Assembly: GCA_965218285.1 (NCBI GenBank)
Contig: OZ244616.1
Coordinates: 5,635,757-5,699,756 of the forward strand
Reading direction: 5' to 3'
Length of the DNA: 64,000 nt
DNA from: Candidatus Poribacteria bacterium
GTDB taxonomy: Bacteria > Poribacteria > WGA-4E > WGA-3G
The notes under the pieces are model-generated. The model was not told where the DNA came from. It saw nothing but the letters and a program-made list of their open reading frames with translations, and ran no database searches. Shown piece after piece: positions 35,015 through 45,411 of this stretch. Each line of letters begins with the position of its first letter. The stretch's first letter is position 1. The translations under genes were made by a program, and so were the position numbers.

Positions 35015-35279
35015 AACTATCGTATTTTGATGTCTTATTCTTTTTTGTTATGTCGCACACGGTGCAACGGTGGATAAGGATATAATCACCCTGCTTCATG
35101 GTGAACCCAATCGGTTCCATTAATCCGCAACAGGTCTCAGCGCGATCACCTGGATGGACATCTACATGTTGACTCCAGAGACATTCCGGACAGTGGTTGG
35201 TATAGCCATTTCCCTCCACAAATACACCGCAATTCCCGCATGTAAAATCTTCAATGTGACGTTGAAATTTCTTGTTCAC
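34983..35279 (-). CDS. RNHCP-domain zinc-ribbon protein
   Basis: FTCGNCG....YTNHCPECLWS.H.D...GDRAETCCGLM ... HRCTVC cysteine pattern. Confidence 0.5.
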   Translation of the reverse strand: MNKKFQRHIEDFTCGNCGVFVEGNGYTNHCPECLWSQHVDVHPGDRAETCCGLMEPIGFTMKQGDYILIHRCTVCDITKKNKTSKYDSFDIILSLQGE

Positions 35280-35297
35280 GAACTGTCATCTGCTCCT

Positions 35298-35498
35298 TTA
35301 GCATGTGTGATTCGGTATAAAAACACCACATTCTTCATGTGCTGCTTCGTTGAAACTCTGTGCCTTTCGTTGGAGGTAGGAGTTGCCTTTATACCCAGTT
35401 TTTCGCGAGATTTCAACATTAAAATGCTCAAGAATTTTAGTCGCAACTGTATCACTGAGTCTATCCTCAATCGCAAGAATTACGTTTTTTAATCCCAT
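35298..35498 (-). CDS. small ORF (66 aa) immediately downstream of the AAA ATPase. Possibly a truncated partner-protein N-terminus (DUF4276/TOPRIM-like VILAIEDRLSDTVATKIL).
   Basis: The 4-bp overlap with the ATPase gene suggests translational coupling. The ORF ends 18 bp before the next gene. Confidence 0.3.
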   Translation of the reverse strand: MGLKNVILAIEDRLSDTVATKILEHFNVEISRKTGYKGNSYLQRKAQSFNEAAHEECGVFIPNHTC

Positions 35499-36637
35499 TC
35501 CAATAAACTCAATTGTTTGGGGTATCTGGTTAACACGATTTCACCCACTGTAATCCCATTTTTAAGGAGGACACACACTTCCTCAAAATCGGAGGCGGGT
35601 TTAACCACTGTCCCTCCTTTGCCAGGTGTGAGCATTAGTACTTCTCTACCATCAATGCCAGGTTCAATAAGAAGCACATCACTTTGTGTGCTAATTAAAA
35701 CTTGGCATCCACTGTTTCTCCGCATCCGAGAAATCAGAGGAGCAAGTTGAGAAACAATTCCGAGATTCAATGAGAGTTCAGGTTCTTCTAACAATACTAT
35801 TGAATCGTTTTCGAGAAGTGCCCACAAGAGTCCAATAAGCCGAAGCATCCCATCCGAAAATTGATCTTCTTGATGTCCATCTTCATTTGAACCCCAGTGC
35901 GAATAATGTGCCTGTAAATGTGGTTGTCCCGTCGTTTTGTCGCGAACAAATTCCAATTTTTCGAACTGTGGAACTGCTACTTTAAGGGCATATTCAATTT
36001 TTTTGAGACAGGAACGGCGGGTGCTCGGATGGGTACTTGCGACTCTTTCAAGAAATCCCTGCCCAAAGGGATCGTCTTCAATAATTTTGCCCTGAATTGC
36101 ATCCGAAAATCGGATAAATTGTGGCACCAGATGGAGATAGGTGACGTGTCGGAGGAATCTGCCAATCTCTCGGAATTTTGCATTGGAACCACTCTGTTCA
36201 AGGGCGGTCTGGGTAAGGCGATCTGGATCCTGGTTATCGTCTGAATCGGGTCTATCAAGAAGCAGTTCACCTTCTCTCCAGACGCGTTCATACGTGAGAT
36301 AGGCTTGGCAATCGTCGCGAGTCTCTTGGCGAAATCCTACACCATATTGCCACGTAGCAGGTTCATCTGGTGTTTCCGCGATGTGAATTTCGATTGCAAC
36401 TTCTGGTTCATGTCCCGCGGACAAACACCTTATTTTGGAGACACCGCCCCGATCTTTGACTGCTTTCTGAAATCCACCACCATCCACTTTGACAATATCG
36501 CGGAGAAAGCGGAAAATGTCAAGCAGATTGGATTTACCTGATGCGTTTGGACCAACGATAAACTGCCGCTCCCTAAGGGGAACATTAACCTGTTGAAAAT
36601 TTCGCCAGTTTTTGGCAATAAGTCGATTGATTATCAT
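35489..36637 (-). CDS. AAA_21/ABC-type ATPase (SMC-like P-loop ATPase)
   Basis: Walker A GPNASGKSN. ABC-signature-like FSDGMLRL. Walker B IVLLEEPE. D-/H-loop STQS. No transmembrane or transporter partner. Confidence 0.7.
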   Translation of the reverse strand: MIINRLIAKNWRNFQQVNVPLRERQFIVGPNASGKSNLLDIFRFLRDIVKVDGGGFQKAVKDRGGVSKIRCLSAGHEPEVAIEIHIAETPDEPATWQYGVGFRQETRDDCQAYLTYERVWREGELLLDRPDSDDNQDPDRLTQTALEQSGSNAKFREIGRFLRHVTYLHLVPQFIRFSDAIQGKIIEDDPFGQGFLERVASTHPSTRRSCLKKIEYALKVAVPQFEKLEFVRDKTTGQPHLQAHYSHWGSNEDGHQEDQFSDGMLRLIGLLWALLENDSIVLLEEPELSLNLGIVSQLAPLISRMRRNSGCQVLISTQSDVLLIEPGIDGREVLMLTPGKGGTVVKPASDFEEVCVLLKNGITVGEIVLTRYPKQLSLLEWD

Positions 36638-36778
36638 AACAAGTTTCCTCTACAATAGATATGTTCGCGAACGTGATGTGAAAATGATAACATGATTAAG
36701 TAATAGATTCCAACCAAAACACCCGTGAAGATTCCAGCAGAAAAGCAACACTATCAGATAGTTTCTCAAGCCATATCT

Positions 36779-38962
36779 TTACATATCTAAATAAGGTGTC
36801 ACATCCCAAAGCAAGATAGTGCCATCAAAACCGCCACTTGCCAGCAGCGTGCTATCCGGTGAAAACGCAAGTGACTGAACGTCTGTCGTATGTCCCCAGA
36901 AGGTATGGATATTCTCACCGGTAGCAACGTCCCACAGACAGATTGCCATTTTCTTCGTTCCACCCCACCATGCACCAGAGGCAAGGTGCCTACCGCACGG
37001 TGAAAATGCAAGCGCATAAGCCCTTTGGTTGTTCTCAGGCTGCGGTATCGTCCGAATTAGACTCAAGTTTTCAGCAGACCACAAACGGATTTCTCCTTCT
37101 ATTGCACCAGCAATCACATTGCCACATGGCGAAAAGGTTATTCCCCGAATTGTATCACAAGTTTCTGATGCAGCAATTTCTTCACCGATCTCAACATCCC
37201 ACAGTCGAACAATTCCATTCCATCTACCCAATACCAATTGCCTTCCATCGGGGGAAAACATCATAGAAGTAACGTCATCACTATGTCCTGTGTCTAATTC
37301 CATATTTTCGTGAGACTGAATATTCCAGATATAGAGGGGACGCTCATCATTACCATCCTTGTTTGACGTGACACGCGCCATCGCAATCCTATCGCCCGTA
37401 GGTGCAAATACTATAGGACATGATAATCCAGGTATTGAGATACTATCAATTATCTTATTAGGTTTTCGTATATCACACACTTTAAGTGAATTTTCATCGG
37501 TTCTGTCAACCACAAGTAAACTGCCATTAGCCAAGAAAGTGAAAGAACGTATATGTCTATCTTTCATCAATATTTTATGTCCGTGCTTGCCTTCAACATT
37601 CCAAAATACAATGCCGTTCCGCACACCCGTGCTTGCTAACGTCTTTCCATTCGGTGAAAACGCTAACGGTTCTGGAAAACATGTAGGTTCACGAAGCGTT
37701 AAAAATGTATGCGTTTTATCAGATGTTGCCGAATTATTAGAAAGTGTGTGAGCAATTGCCAATTGTGGGCATTCTGAAAACCACTCCGCCCCAATGCTTT
37801 CCGTTTGTCGTTCATAAGTGCTAAGTTTTTCGCAGCGATCCACATCCCATACTTCGATTATTTCAGTACTACGAGGGAACACCGTGGTATATAGTGTGCC
37901 TTCCGGTGAATAGAACGGTTTTACCCACGGCATGTATCGTCCCGCATTCTCAGAAGCAACCTTTTTTAGCATCCAGCGTAAAAAGTTCACTAACAAATTC
38001 TTTGAATCAACTCCATAGTACGTATAATCCTTCTTCTGCACACCCGTTGTGATTTCCCATACTCGTAAGGTCCCGCCGCTATCACTTGAGGCGAGAAACT
38101 GTCCGCACGGTGAGAAGATGAGATTATCAACCCGATTTTTGTGTTCTCTAAAACAAGCGATGCGATCCTTTGTTTCTATATCCCACACTGAAACACAGCG
38201 GTGAACGCCGACTGCACCATTTTCAGTATCGTCAGGACTTGCACACGCCAGCAAACGACTATCTGGTGAAAAAGTGAATTTTCCGCCAGCAAACTTGGCT
38301 ATCCGTTCACCAGTCTCCGGATGCCATAGGTAGGTATATGGTTCTTTTGTTGCAACGCTAACTATGTTGTCATACGCTTCCACAGGAGTAGTGAATGTCG
38401 CAGCGATGATTTTGCTATTAGGTGAAAATGCAAGTTCGAAAGTAGTGTTACGATCTTTTCCTCTTGCATCTGGTTGAGGTTGAGAAACACATTCACCACA
38501 CTTAGCACCAAACACCTCAATAACGCTCATATTCGATACAGCAGTGGCAACCCACTTACTATCCGGTGAAAAAGCAATATAATCAGCCGCTAAATATATT
38601 TTCCGCTTCATTTTCGCGAGGCAATCGCCGCTTTGAACATCCAGTACCTTAACGATGCCGTCCCAATTTGTTATTGCAATTCGCTTACCATCCTTTGAGA
38701 ACTCAACGCCGTTAATCAGTCCTTGTTCTGTTTCCCACAACGCAATCGGTAACATTGACGAAACATCGTACCACCAGAGTCCCATGCCAGTCCCAGCGAC
38801 AAAATGAGTGCCATCCGGGGACAGTGCAACATCACCTAAGGATGCGTGCCTACTGTGTGTCCCTTTACCCAACCGGAAAATTGCCCCCTCCGGTAATGCC
38901 CAGGTTGTTCCTGTAGTGTCGTTTGGTACGACATTAAATGGTGCGGGTTTTGGGTTTGACAT
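36779..38962 (-). CDS. WD40-repeat beta-propeller protein (727 aa, at least 12 blades)
   Basis: Recurrent GH...V..FSPDG.......DG..R(L/V)WD motifs. Confidence 0.8.
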   Translation of the reverse strand: MSNPKPAPFNVVPNDTTGTTWALPEGAIFRLGKGTHSRHASLGDVALSPDGTHFVAGTGMGLWWYDVSSMLPIALWETEQGLINGVEFSKDGKRIAITNWDGIVKVLDVQSGDCLAKMKRKIYLAADYIAFSPDSKWVATAVSNMSVIEVFGAKCGECVSQPQPDARGKDRNTTFELAFSPNSKIIAATFTTPVEAYDNIVSVATKEPYTYLWHPETGERIAKFAGGKFTFSPDSRLLACASPDDTENGAVGVHRCVSVWDIETKDRIACFREHKNRVDNLIFSPCGQFLASSDSGGTLRVWEITTGVQKKDYTYYGVDSKNLLVNFLRWMLKKVASENAGRYMPWVKPFYSPEGTLYTTVFPRSTEIIEVWDVDRCEKLSTYERQTESIGAEWFSECPQLAIAHTLSNNSATSDKTHTFLTLREPTCFPEPLAFSPNGKTLASTGVRNGIVFWNVEGKHGHKILMKDRHIRSFTFLANGSLLVVDRTDENSLKVCDIRKPNKIIDSISIPGLSCPIVFAPTGDRIAMARVTSNKDGNDERPLYIWNIQSHENMELDTGHSDDVTSMMFSPDGRQLVLGRWNGIVRLWDVEIGEEIAASETCDTIRGITFSPCGNVIAGAIEGEIRLWSAENLSLIRTIPQPENNQRAYALAFSPCGRHLASGAWWGGTKKMAICLWDVATGENIHTFWGHTTDVQSLAFSPDSTLLASGGFDGTILLWDVTPYLDM

Positions 38963-38993
38963 TGTATTAATGTATTAATTCCTTACTATACAG

Positions 38994-39747
38994 ATCGCTG
39001 AGGCACGGGGACCTTGCGCTACACTTTTTTGACTGCGCTGAGGCACGGGGACCTTGCGCTACACTTTTTTGACTGCGCTGATGCACGGGGACCTTGCGCT
39101 ACACTTTTTTGACTGCGCTGAGGCACGGGGACCTTGCGCTACACTCTTTTTTGACTGCGCTGAGGCACGGGGACCTTGCGCTACACTCTTTTGACTGCGC
39201 TGGGGCACGGGGACCTTGCGCTACACTTTTTTGACTGCGCTGGGGCACGGGGACCTTGCGCTACACTCTTTTGACTGCGCTGGGGCACGGGGACCTTGCG
39301 CTACACTCTTTTTTGACTGCGCTGGGGCACGGGGACCTTGCGCTACACTTTTTTGACTGCGCTGGGGCACGGGGACCTTGCGCTACACTCTTTTGACTGC
39401 GCTGGGGCACGGGGACCTTGCGCTACACTTTTTTGACTGCGCTGATGCACGGGGACCTTGCGCTACACTTTTTTGACTGCGCTGATGCACGGGGACCTTG
39501 CGCTACACTTTTTTGACTGCGCTGGGGCACGGGGACCTTGCGCTACACTTTTTTGACTGCGCTGATGCACGGGGACCTTGCGCTACACTTTTTTGACTGC
39601 GCTGGGGCACGGGGACCTTGCGCTACACTTTTTTGACTGCGCTGATGCACGGGGACCTTGCGCTACACTTTTTTGACTGCGCTGGGGCACGGGGACCTTG
39701 CGCTACACTTTTTTGACTGCGCTGAGGCACGGGGACCTTGCGCTACA
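38994..39747. repeat. tandem array of about 19 copies of a 40-42-bp unit gcgctg(a/g)(g/t)gcacggggaccttgcgctacac(tc)ttttttgact, with no intervening unique spacers
   Basis: Read directly. Unit-length jitter (40/41/42) and 3 variable positions. Lies between the WD40 gene start and the M20 peptidase gene end. Confidence 0.85.
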
Positions 39748-39753
39748 ATGTAC

Positions 39754-40995
39754 TTACGAAAGTGATGCACGCGTCATAAAGGTTGCATAGATAGCAGAAG
39801 TCCGCACCAGATCAGGAATATGAACCCGTTCATTTATTGCATGACCTCCCTCACCCCTCGGTCCATAGCCAATTCCCGGCAAGCCTATATTGACAAAATA
39901 GTGCAAGTCTGTAAAACCAGTAGTGCTTTTAAATCGCGGTTGATTGTATCTTATAGTACGCACTGCATTGGCAAAATCTTGCGCTAAAGGAGATTCGGTA
40001 TCCGTTAAGCACGGTTCAATTCGTAAAATAACTTGCACTTCAGTCTTCAAATCCGAATAGTACTCACACGCCCCTAAAATCGCCTCCCGTAACTCAAGTT
40101 CAGCAAACTCCAATTTTTCATTCGGTGTAACCCGTCGATCAATCGAGAACGTGAGACGTGCCGGAACAGTGTTGACTTTATCTCCCTCAGTTCCACAAAA
40201 CGTTCCGCCAATGTTCAACGTCGGATAACGATCAGAACCATCAGGCAGTTTAAATGCGCGTTCAGGCGACTTCAAATCCCGTTTAACTCTTTGTAATGCC
40301 GATACAAGTTCAGTTGTTTTCTCAAAGGCATTTATCCCTTTACCCGGCTGTGACCCGTGTGCTGCTTTCCCCTGAACTTCAATTTCCAACCAAAGTACAC
40401 CGTTATGCCCGTTGCCGATGTACATCTCCGATCCACCCTCGCAATTGACAACGTAGTCCGCGTTGACCAATCCCTTCTCAACAATATATCCGGCCCCTAA
40501 CTGACCACCAGTCTCCTCATCACAAGTAAACGAACATTCAATGTTAAACAAAGGCTCTATACCACTCTCCTGCACAGCCTGAATTGCAAATAGAAGGGCA
40601 GCAATAGCATCCTTCATATCATCGGCACCGCGCCCGTAAAGCCATTCACCTTCAATCTTTCCGCTAAACGGATCATTGAAACGCCACTCCCCTGCCACTG
40701 GCACTACATCGTAATGTGCATTGAAATGTACTGTTTTTTCTGCACCAACATCCCAGCGTGCAATCAGGTTCAACCGTGGATGGCTTGATGCGTTTGAAAT
40801 CACTTGTTCAGCCTGTCGTTTTGGAACCTTCACAACTTTTGTCTTCATCCCCAACGTCTTGCACTTCGCTTCAAGTAACTCAACAATCTCGGCATAATTC
40901 TCACCCGGTGGATTCACAGTAGGAATTCTAACGAGTTCTTGTAGCAACCTACACAACGAAACTTGATTGTCCTTAATATAGGTTTGTACAGACAT
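39754..40995 (-). CDS. M20-family metallopeptidase (ArgE/DapE/succinyl-DAP desuccinylase-like)
   Basis: HFNAHYDVVP, GRGADDMKD, dimerisation-domain layout, HG..PG metal-site motifs. Confidence 0.7.
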   Translation of the reverse strand: MSVQTYIKDNQVSLCRLLQELVRIPTVNPPGENYAEIVELLEAKCKTLGMKTKVVKVPKRQAEQVISNASSHPRLNLIARWDVGAEKTVHFNAHYDVVPVAGEWRFNDPFSGKIEGEWLYGRGADDMKDAIAALLFAIQAVQESGIEPLFNIECSFTCDEETGGQLGAGYIVEKGLVNADYVVNCEGGSEMYIGNGHNGVLWLEIEVQGKAAHGSQPGKGINAFEKTTELVSALQRVKRDLKSPERAFKLPDGSDRYPTLNIGGTFCGTEGDKVNTVPARLTFSIDRRVTPNEKLEFAELELREAILGACEYYSDLKTEVQVILRIEPCLTDTESPLAQDFANAVRTIRYNQPRFKSTTGFTDLHYFVNIGLPGIGYGPRGEGGHAINERVHIPDLVRTSAIYATFMTRASLS

Positions 40996-41024
40996 ATCTC
41001 ATGTCTCCTTTAGCAGTTCCCTGT

Positions 41025-41438
41025 TTAGGGGACAACTGCTTGGTCACCCGAAGACAAATGCCCAACCGTTTCACCGGTTTCCGTAAAGGTACGTGTCACC
41101 TCAACAGAGGCGTACGTCCACAAAATCTTCATTGAGGCATTGCTTTCATTCCAAAACCGGTGCGGGATACCAGCAGGAACAAACGTTGTGTCGTAGGTAT
41201 TCATTGTAAAGATTTCGCCATCAACTTCGCAGGTGGCTTCACCTTCAAGAATTGTCACAGATTCATCGCAGTTATGGTAGTGGCGAGCGATCACAGCCCC
41301 TGGTTCAAACATTGTAATGCCATTCGTGAGCGATGTAGAATCAAGCCATTTACCTGCTAACGGCACCGTTTTCACACCGGTGCCACGGTCAATAGGGTTC
41401 TGTTTATCAAAATCAATTACATGTGCTTTTGTGCTCAT
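41025..41438 (-). CDS. cupin-domain protein
   Basis: Cupin_2 motifs: G.V.ARHYH...E..TILEGE and P.GIPHRF. Confidence 0.65.
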   Translation of the reverse strand: MSTKAHVIDFDKQNPIDRGTGVKTVPLAGKWLDSTSLTNGITMFEPGAVIARHYHNCDESVTILEGEATCEVDGEIFTMNTYDTTFVPAGIPHRFWNESNASMKILWTYASVEVTRTFTETGETVGHLSSGDQAVVP

Positions 41439-41536
41439 TTTGGACAGTCTCTCTTAACGTGTATTTGTCATATTTTCACACAAATACACAAAAATTTCAA
41501 CAACTAATACCCAATTAACTGGATTCTAATCTATCA

Positions 41537-41928
41537 GTGCGGTTAGGAAACCGCACCATTGGCGTCAATTTAAGAAAAGTCTGTATTTTTTTGAACACCC
41601 CTCAATAAGCATGATTATTGAGACTGTCCCATATTTAGTCCCGTAGGGACGATATGTTTATAGTACACCGTCCAGACACGTCTCTTTAGCTCCGTCCGAG
41701 CGACATATCCCGATTGGTAACCCATTGCTATAAACATTCCGCCCCTACGGGGCTGAAGAGATTGGGGTTACCACGTTTTCTATAAACATATCGTCCCTAC
41801 GGGACTAAAGAGGGTTTCTCATATTTGAAAAACCGCTAAATTGACGCCAATGGTGCGGTTAGGAAACCGCACCTACCGGGTTGGGGACCGCTAAATTGAC
41901 GCTAATGGTGCGGTTAGGAAACCGCACC
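41537..41928. mobile_element. MITE of the ggtgcggtt-palindrome TIR family (type 1 interior with nested 28-bp inverted repeats tagtcccgtagggacgatatgtttatag)
   Basis: TIRs ggtgcggttaggaaaccgcaccattggcgtcaatttaag at 41537 and the reverse complement cttaaattgacgccaatggtgcggttaggaaaccgcacc at about 41835-41874, plus an extra TIR copy to 41928. Near-identical copy at 51162-51499. Confidence 0.55.
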
Positions 41929-42193
41929 TACCGAGTGGAATCAAGTTAATTGGGTATAACGCCCATTATTAGTAGCAATATGTATATGAATTTGTAAATT
42001 CAGTTGCTATTAAGTAAAAAGTATGTTATAATTCATTCATAAAGTACTAAATATATCCATAAACAGACACTGAGCAAGAAGATTACCACTTAAATTGCTT
42101 GAACGTGCTCACTTTGAGTACCTATCTTGGATGCGCGCCATAGTCTGCAGCATCGTTCTAAATTTGATAATTCTTTAAAGTAAAACGAGGCGA

Positions 42194-44095
42194 TTGGTTG
42201 TGAACAAGAGCACAAAAAACATGTTCGTGTGGTTTATTTTGGGATTGGTTGTTGTTGTCGCTATCTACCAACTTGTCAACCGTAGCGACCAAGTTTACGA
42301 GTTAGCAACATCCGATTTTCATAACTACATAGGACAGGATAAGAACTTCTTTGAAGGCTATCTAATTCTTGATGACGAGTGGGTTGAAGGTAAGTTTGCA
42401 GAGAATTACCGGCCAGGAATTATACAAGACCTAACGTATAAAGAAGCACTCCTCCCCCCAAAGTGGCAGGGAGGTTTTAAAGCAAGTCGTGATACAAATG
42501 ATGATTACAATATACAAGAGAAACTTGATAAATCCCGTATTCCCTACCAAGTAAAGCCAAGGTCTAATTTTCCGGATTTTTTACTCATTTTTGGTACAAC
42601 AGTAGTGCCCTTGTTAATATTTTTAGGTTTGATGATATTTCTATCCCGCCAGATGCAAGGGAGCGGAAATCGTGCGCTCTCTTTTGGCAAAAGCAAGGCA
42701 AGACTCCATACTGAAAATGAAAACAGAGTTACCTTTGAAGATGTAGCAGGGGTTGACGAGGCAAAAGATGCACTTGAAGAGGTTATTGAATTCCTTAAAG
42801 CACCTAAGAAGTATGAACGTCTGGGTGGAATCATTCCCAAAGGTGTATTGTTAGTTGGTCCTCCCGGTACTGGCAAAACAATGCTGGCGCAAGCTGTCGC
42901 AGGTGAAGCGGATGTCCCATTTTTTAGCATTAGCGGCTCCGACTTTGTCGAAATGTTTGTCGGTGTTGGCGCATCAAGAGTTCGCGATCTGTTTGAGACT
43001 GGAAAGAAAAGCGCACCTTGTATTATTTTTATTGATGAATTGGATGCGGTTGGACGCCATCGCGGTGCAGGTATCGGTGGCGGACACGACGAGCGAGAAC
43101 AAACCTTAAACGCACTGCTTGTACAGATGCAGGGGTTTGAGCCGTCTAGCAACGTTATTTTGATCGCAGCTACGAACCGTCCCGATGTCCTGGACCCTGC
43201 CTTATTACGGCCCGGTAGATTTGATCGACAAATCATTGTTGATCTGCCTGATGTCCGTGGTAGACAAGCAATTCTCGTTGTCCACACAAGAGACCCCTAT
43301 AAAATTGCCGATGATGTCAGATTGGAGATTTTAGCAAAAGCGACACCAGGATTTTCAGGTGCAGATCTGAAAAATATGGCGAACGAAGCCGCACTGCTCG
43401 CTGCGAGACAGGACAAAGATATGATTGACATGGCATGCTTTGATGAGGCTAAAGATCGTGTCTTGATGGGACCTGAACGTCGTAGTTTGGTCATCAGTGA
43501 TGAAGAGAGACGCATCACAGCATATCATGAAGCAGGACATGCGCTCATGCTGCATTTTGTGCCAGAAAGCGATCCTAACTATAAATGTACAATTGTACCC
43601 CGTGGTAGAGCTCTCGGTGTAACCGCTAAACTCCCACTTGAAGAACGGCATAATCTAAGTAAGAAGGGACTCCTTGCCCATATTATCTTCGCGTTAGGGG
43701 GTCGAGTTTCTGAAGAAATTATTTTCGGCGAACAGACAACCGGTGCGCAAAACGATTTTGAACAGGCGACTCATCTTGCACGTCGAATGGTCACTCAGTG
43801 GGGTATGAGTCCATTAGGACCATTGACTTTCGGCAGAAGAGACGAGCAAATCTTTCTCGGTAAAGAATTGGCAATTCACCAAGATTATAGTGAACAGACC
43901 GCTATCGCTATTGATAAAGCAGTTTACGACATCGTAATGGAATGTTACGACAAAGCGAAAGAGATTATAGAGATAAACTTGGAAGGCTTGAAACTACTTG
44001 CAGACGCCTTGTTAGAACACGAAACTCTAATTACCGAAGAAATTGAAGACATTCTTGGTCCACGGCCACAATTGCCAGCTAAACCCCTTATATGA
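42194..44095 (+). CDS. ftsH: ATP-dependent zinc metalloprotease FtsH
   Basis: N-terminal TMs, AAA module [18 protein letters not shown] zinc site. Confidence 0.9.
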   Translation: MVVNKSTKNMFVWFILGLVVVVAIYQLVNRSDQVYELATSDFHNYIGQDKNFFEGYLILDDEWVEGKFAENYRPGIIQDLTYKEALLPPKWQGGFKASRDTNDDYNIQEKLDKSRIPYQVKPRSNFPDFLLIFGTTVVPLLIFLGLMIFLSRQMQGSGNRALSFGKSKARLHTENENRVTFEDVAGVDEAKDALEEVIEFLKAPKKYERLGGIIPKGVLLVGPPGTGKTMLAQAVAGEADVPFFSISGSDFVEMFVGVGASRVRDLFETGKKSAPCIIFIDELDAVGRHRGAGIGGGHDEREQTLNALLVQMQGFEPSSNVILIAATNRPDVLDPALLRPGRFDRQIIVDLPDVRGRQAILVVHTRDPYKIADDVRLEILAKATPGFSGADLKNMANEAALLAARQDKDMIDMACFDEAKDRVLMGPERRSLVISDEERRITAYHEAGHALMLHFVPESDPNYKCTIVPRGRALGVTAKLPLEERHNLSKKGLLAHIIFALGGRVSEEIIFGEQTTGAQNDFEQATHLARRMVTQWGMSPLGPLTFGRRDEQIFLGKELAIHQDYSEQTAIAIDKAVYDIVMECYDKAKEIIEINLEGLKLLADALLEHETLITEEIEDILGPRPQLPAKPLI

Positions 44096-44943
44096 ACTGC
44101 CGAGGCAAACAACTCGTTTTTGGCGACAGCACCCATATCATGGGTGTCCTAAATGTCACCCCCGATTCATTTTCGGATGGTGGTGAATATCTAAACTTTG
44201 ATACTGCCGTTTTGCGTGCCAAGACCATGGTAGCAGAAGGAGCAACGATTATTGATATCGGAGGGGAGTCGTCTCGACCGGGGGCAGAACCGGTGCCAAC
44301 AGAAGTAGAATTGGATCGAGTCATACCGGTTATCCGCGCACTCGTTTCTGAACAACTGGACGTTCCACTCTCCATTGATACCACAAAAGCGGTTGTAGCA
44401 CAACGCGCACTTGAAGTTGGGGCACACATCATAAACGATATTACAGCACTTCGCGGAGATACTGCGATGGCACACGTCGCAGCTGAAATGGAAGCGGGTG
44501 TTATTCTGATGCACATGAAGGGCACACCGCGCACCATGCAACGTACCCCGCGGTATGAAAATGTCGTAAACGATATTTACGAGGCATTAGCGAATTGGAT
44601 TAGTGATGCCACGCAAAACGGTATTGACCCGAACCGAGTTATTATAGACCCCGGTATCGGATTTGGCAAAACTACTGAACAGAACCTACAGATTTTAAAA
44701 CACCTTGACGTATTCAAACGGCTAAACAAACCAATATTAATCGGCACATCGCGAAAATCCTTTATCGGCAACCTGTTAGATCTTCCCGTAACCGAAAGGG
44801 TTGAAGGTACTCTCGCAACGGTGTGCTGGGCAATTGCACATGGAGCAGATATTGTACGTGTTCATGATGTCCAAGCCACTACCCGAGCGGCACGGATGAC
44901 AGATGCCCTTTATCGCCAATGTGAAACCAACTTAGAAAAATAG
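44092..44943 (+). CDS. folP: dihydropteroate synthase
   Basis: IMGVLNVTPDSFSDGG start motif, pterin-binding TIM barrel. Overlaps the ftsH stop. Confidence 0.85.
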   Translation: MNCRGKQLVFGDSTHIMGVLNVTPDSFSDGGEYLNFDTAVLRAKTMVAEGATIIDIGGESSRPGAEPVPTEVELDRVIPVIRALVSEQLDVPLSIDTTKAVVAQRALEVGAHIINDITALRGDTAMAHVAAEMEAGVILMHMKGTPRTMQRTPRYENVVNDIYEALANWISDATQNGIDPNRVIIDPGIGFGKTTEQNLQILKHLDVFKRLNKPILIGTSRKSFIGNLLDLPVTERVEGTLATVCWAIAHGADIVRVHDVQATTRAARMTDALYRQCETNLEK

Positions 44944-45336
44944 ATGCTCCAACAAAAGATTCATGGGATCGGCATAGATATTATTGAAGTTGAACGGATT
45001 AGACGTCTCTGTCTGCGATGGGGCAGTAAGTTTGAGCATCGCGTCTATACGTCTCAGGAACTTACCTACTGTGGAAAAACCTCTACTCGTTATGCAAGAC
45101 TTGCCGTTCGGTTCGCTGCAAAGGAGGCAACTCTGAAAGCACTTGGTACTGGCTTAACGGTTGGGATGTATTGGCAGGATGTAGAAATTTGCGCCAATGA
45201 TGTTGGAAAACCATCACTCGTGTTACACGGACAAGTTGAGCAATGTGCCGCAGAACTCGGTATTGTTTCGACCTTTGTCAGTCTGTCACACGCTGTCGAT
45301 TATGCTGTCGCGCAGGTGACACTTTGTTCAGCTTAG
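44944..45336 (+). CDS. acpS: holo-[acyl-carrier-protein] synthase (4'-phosphopantetheinyl transferase)
   Basis: GIGIDIIEVERI and FAAKEATLKALG AcpS signatures, about 130 aa. Confidence 0.7.
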   Translation: MLQQKIHGIGIDIIEVERIRRLCLRWGSKFEHRVYTSQELTYCGKTSTRYARLAVRFAAKEATLKALGTGLTVGMYWQDVEICANDVGKPSLVLHGQVEQCAAELGIVSTFVSLSHAVDYAVAQVTLCSA

Positions 45337-45411
45337 TAGAATTAAACATGAAAACATAACCTAAGTTCAACTAATACCATATTAACAGGATTTATCTCAT
45401 TTTTCTTGGTA

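Noticed and set aside
38994-39747. Regular 40-bp repeats looked CRISPR-like
   Set aside because: Units abut one another with no unique spacers and there are no cas genes. Classified as a tandem satellite.
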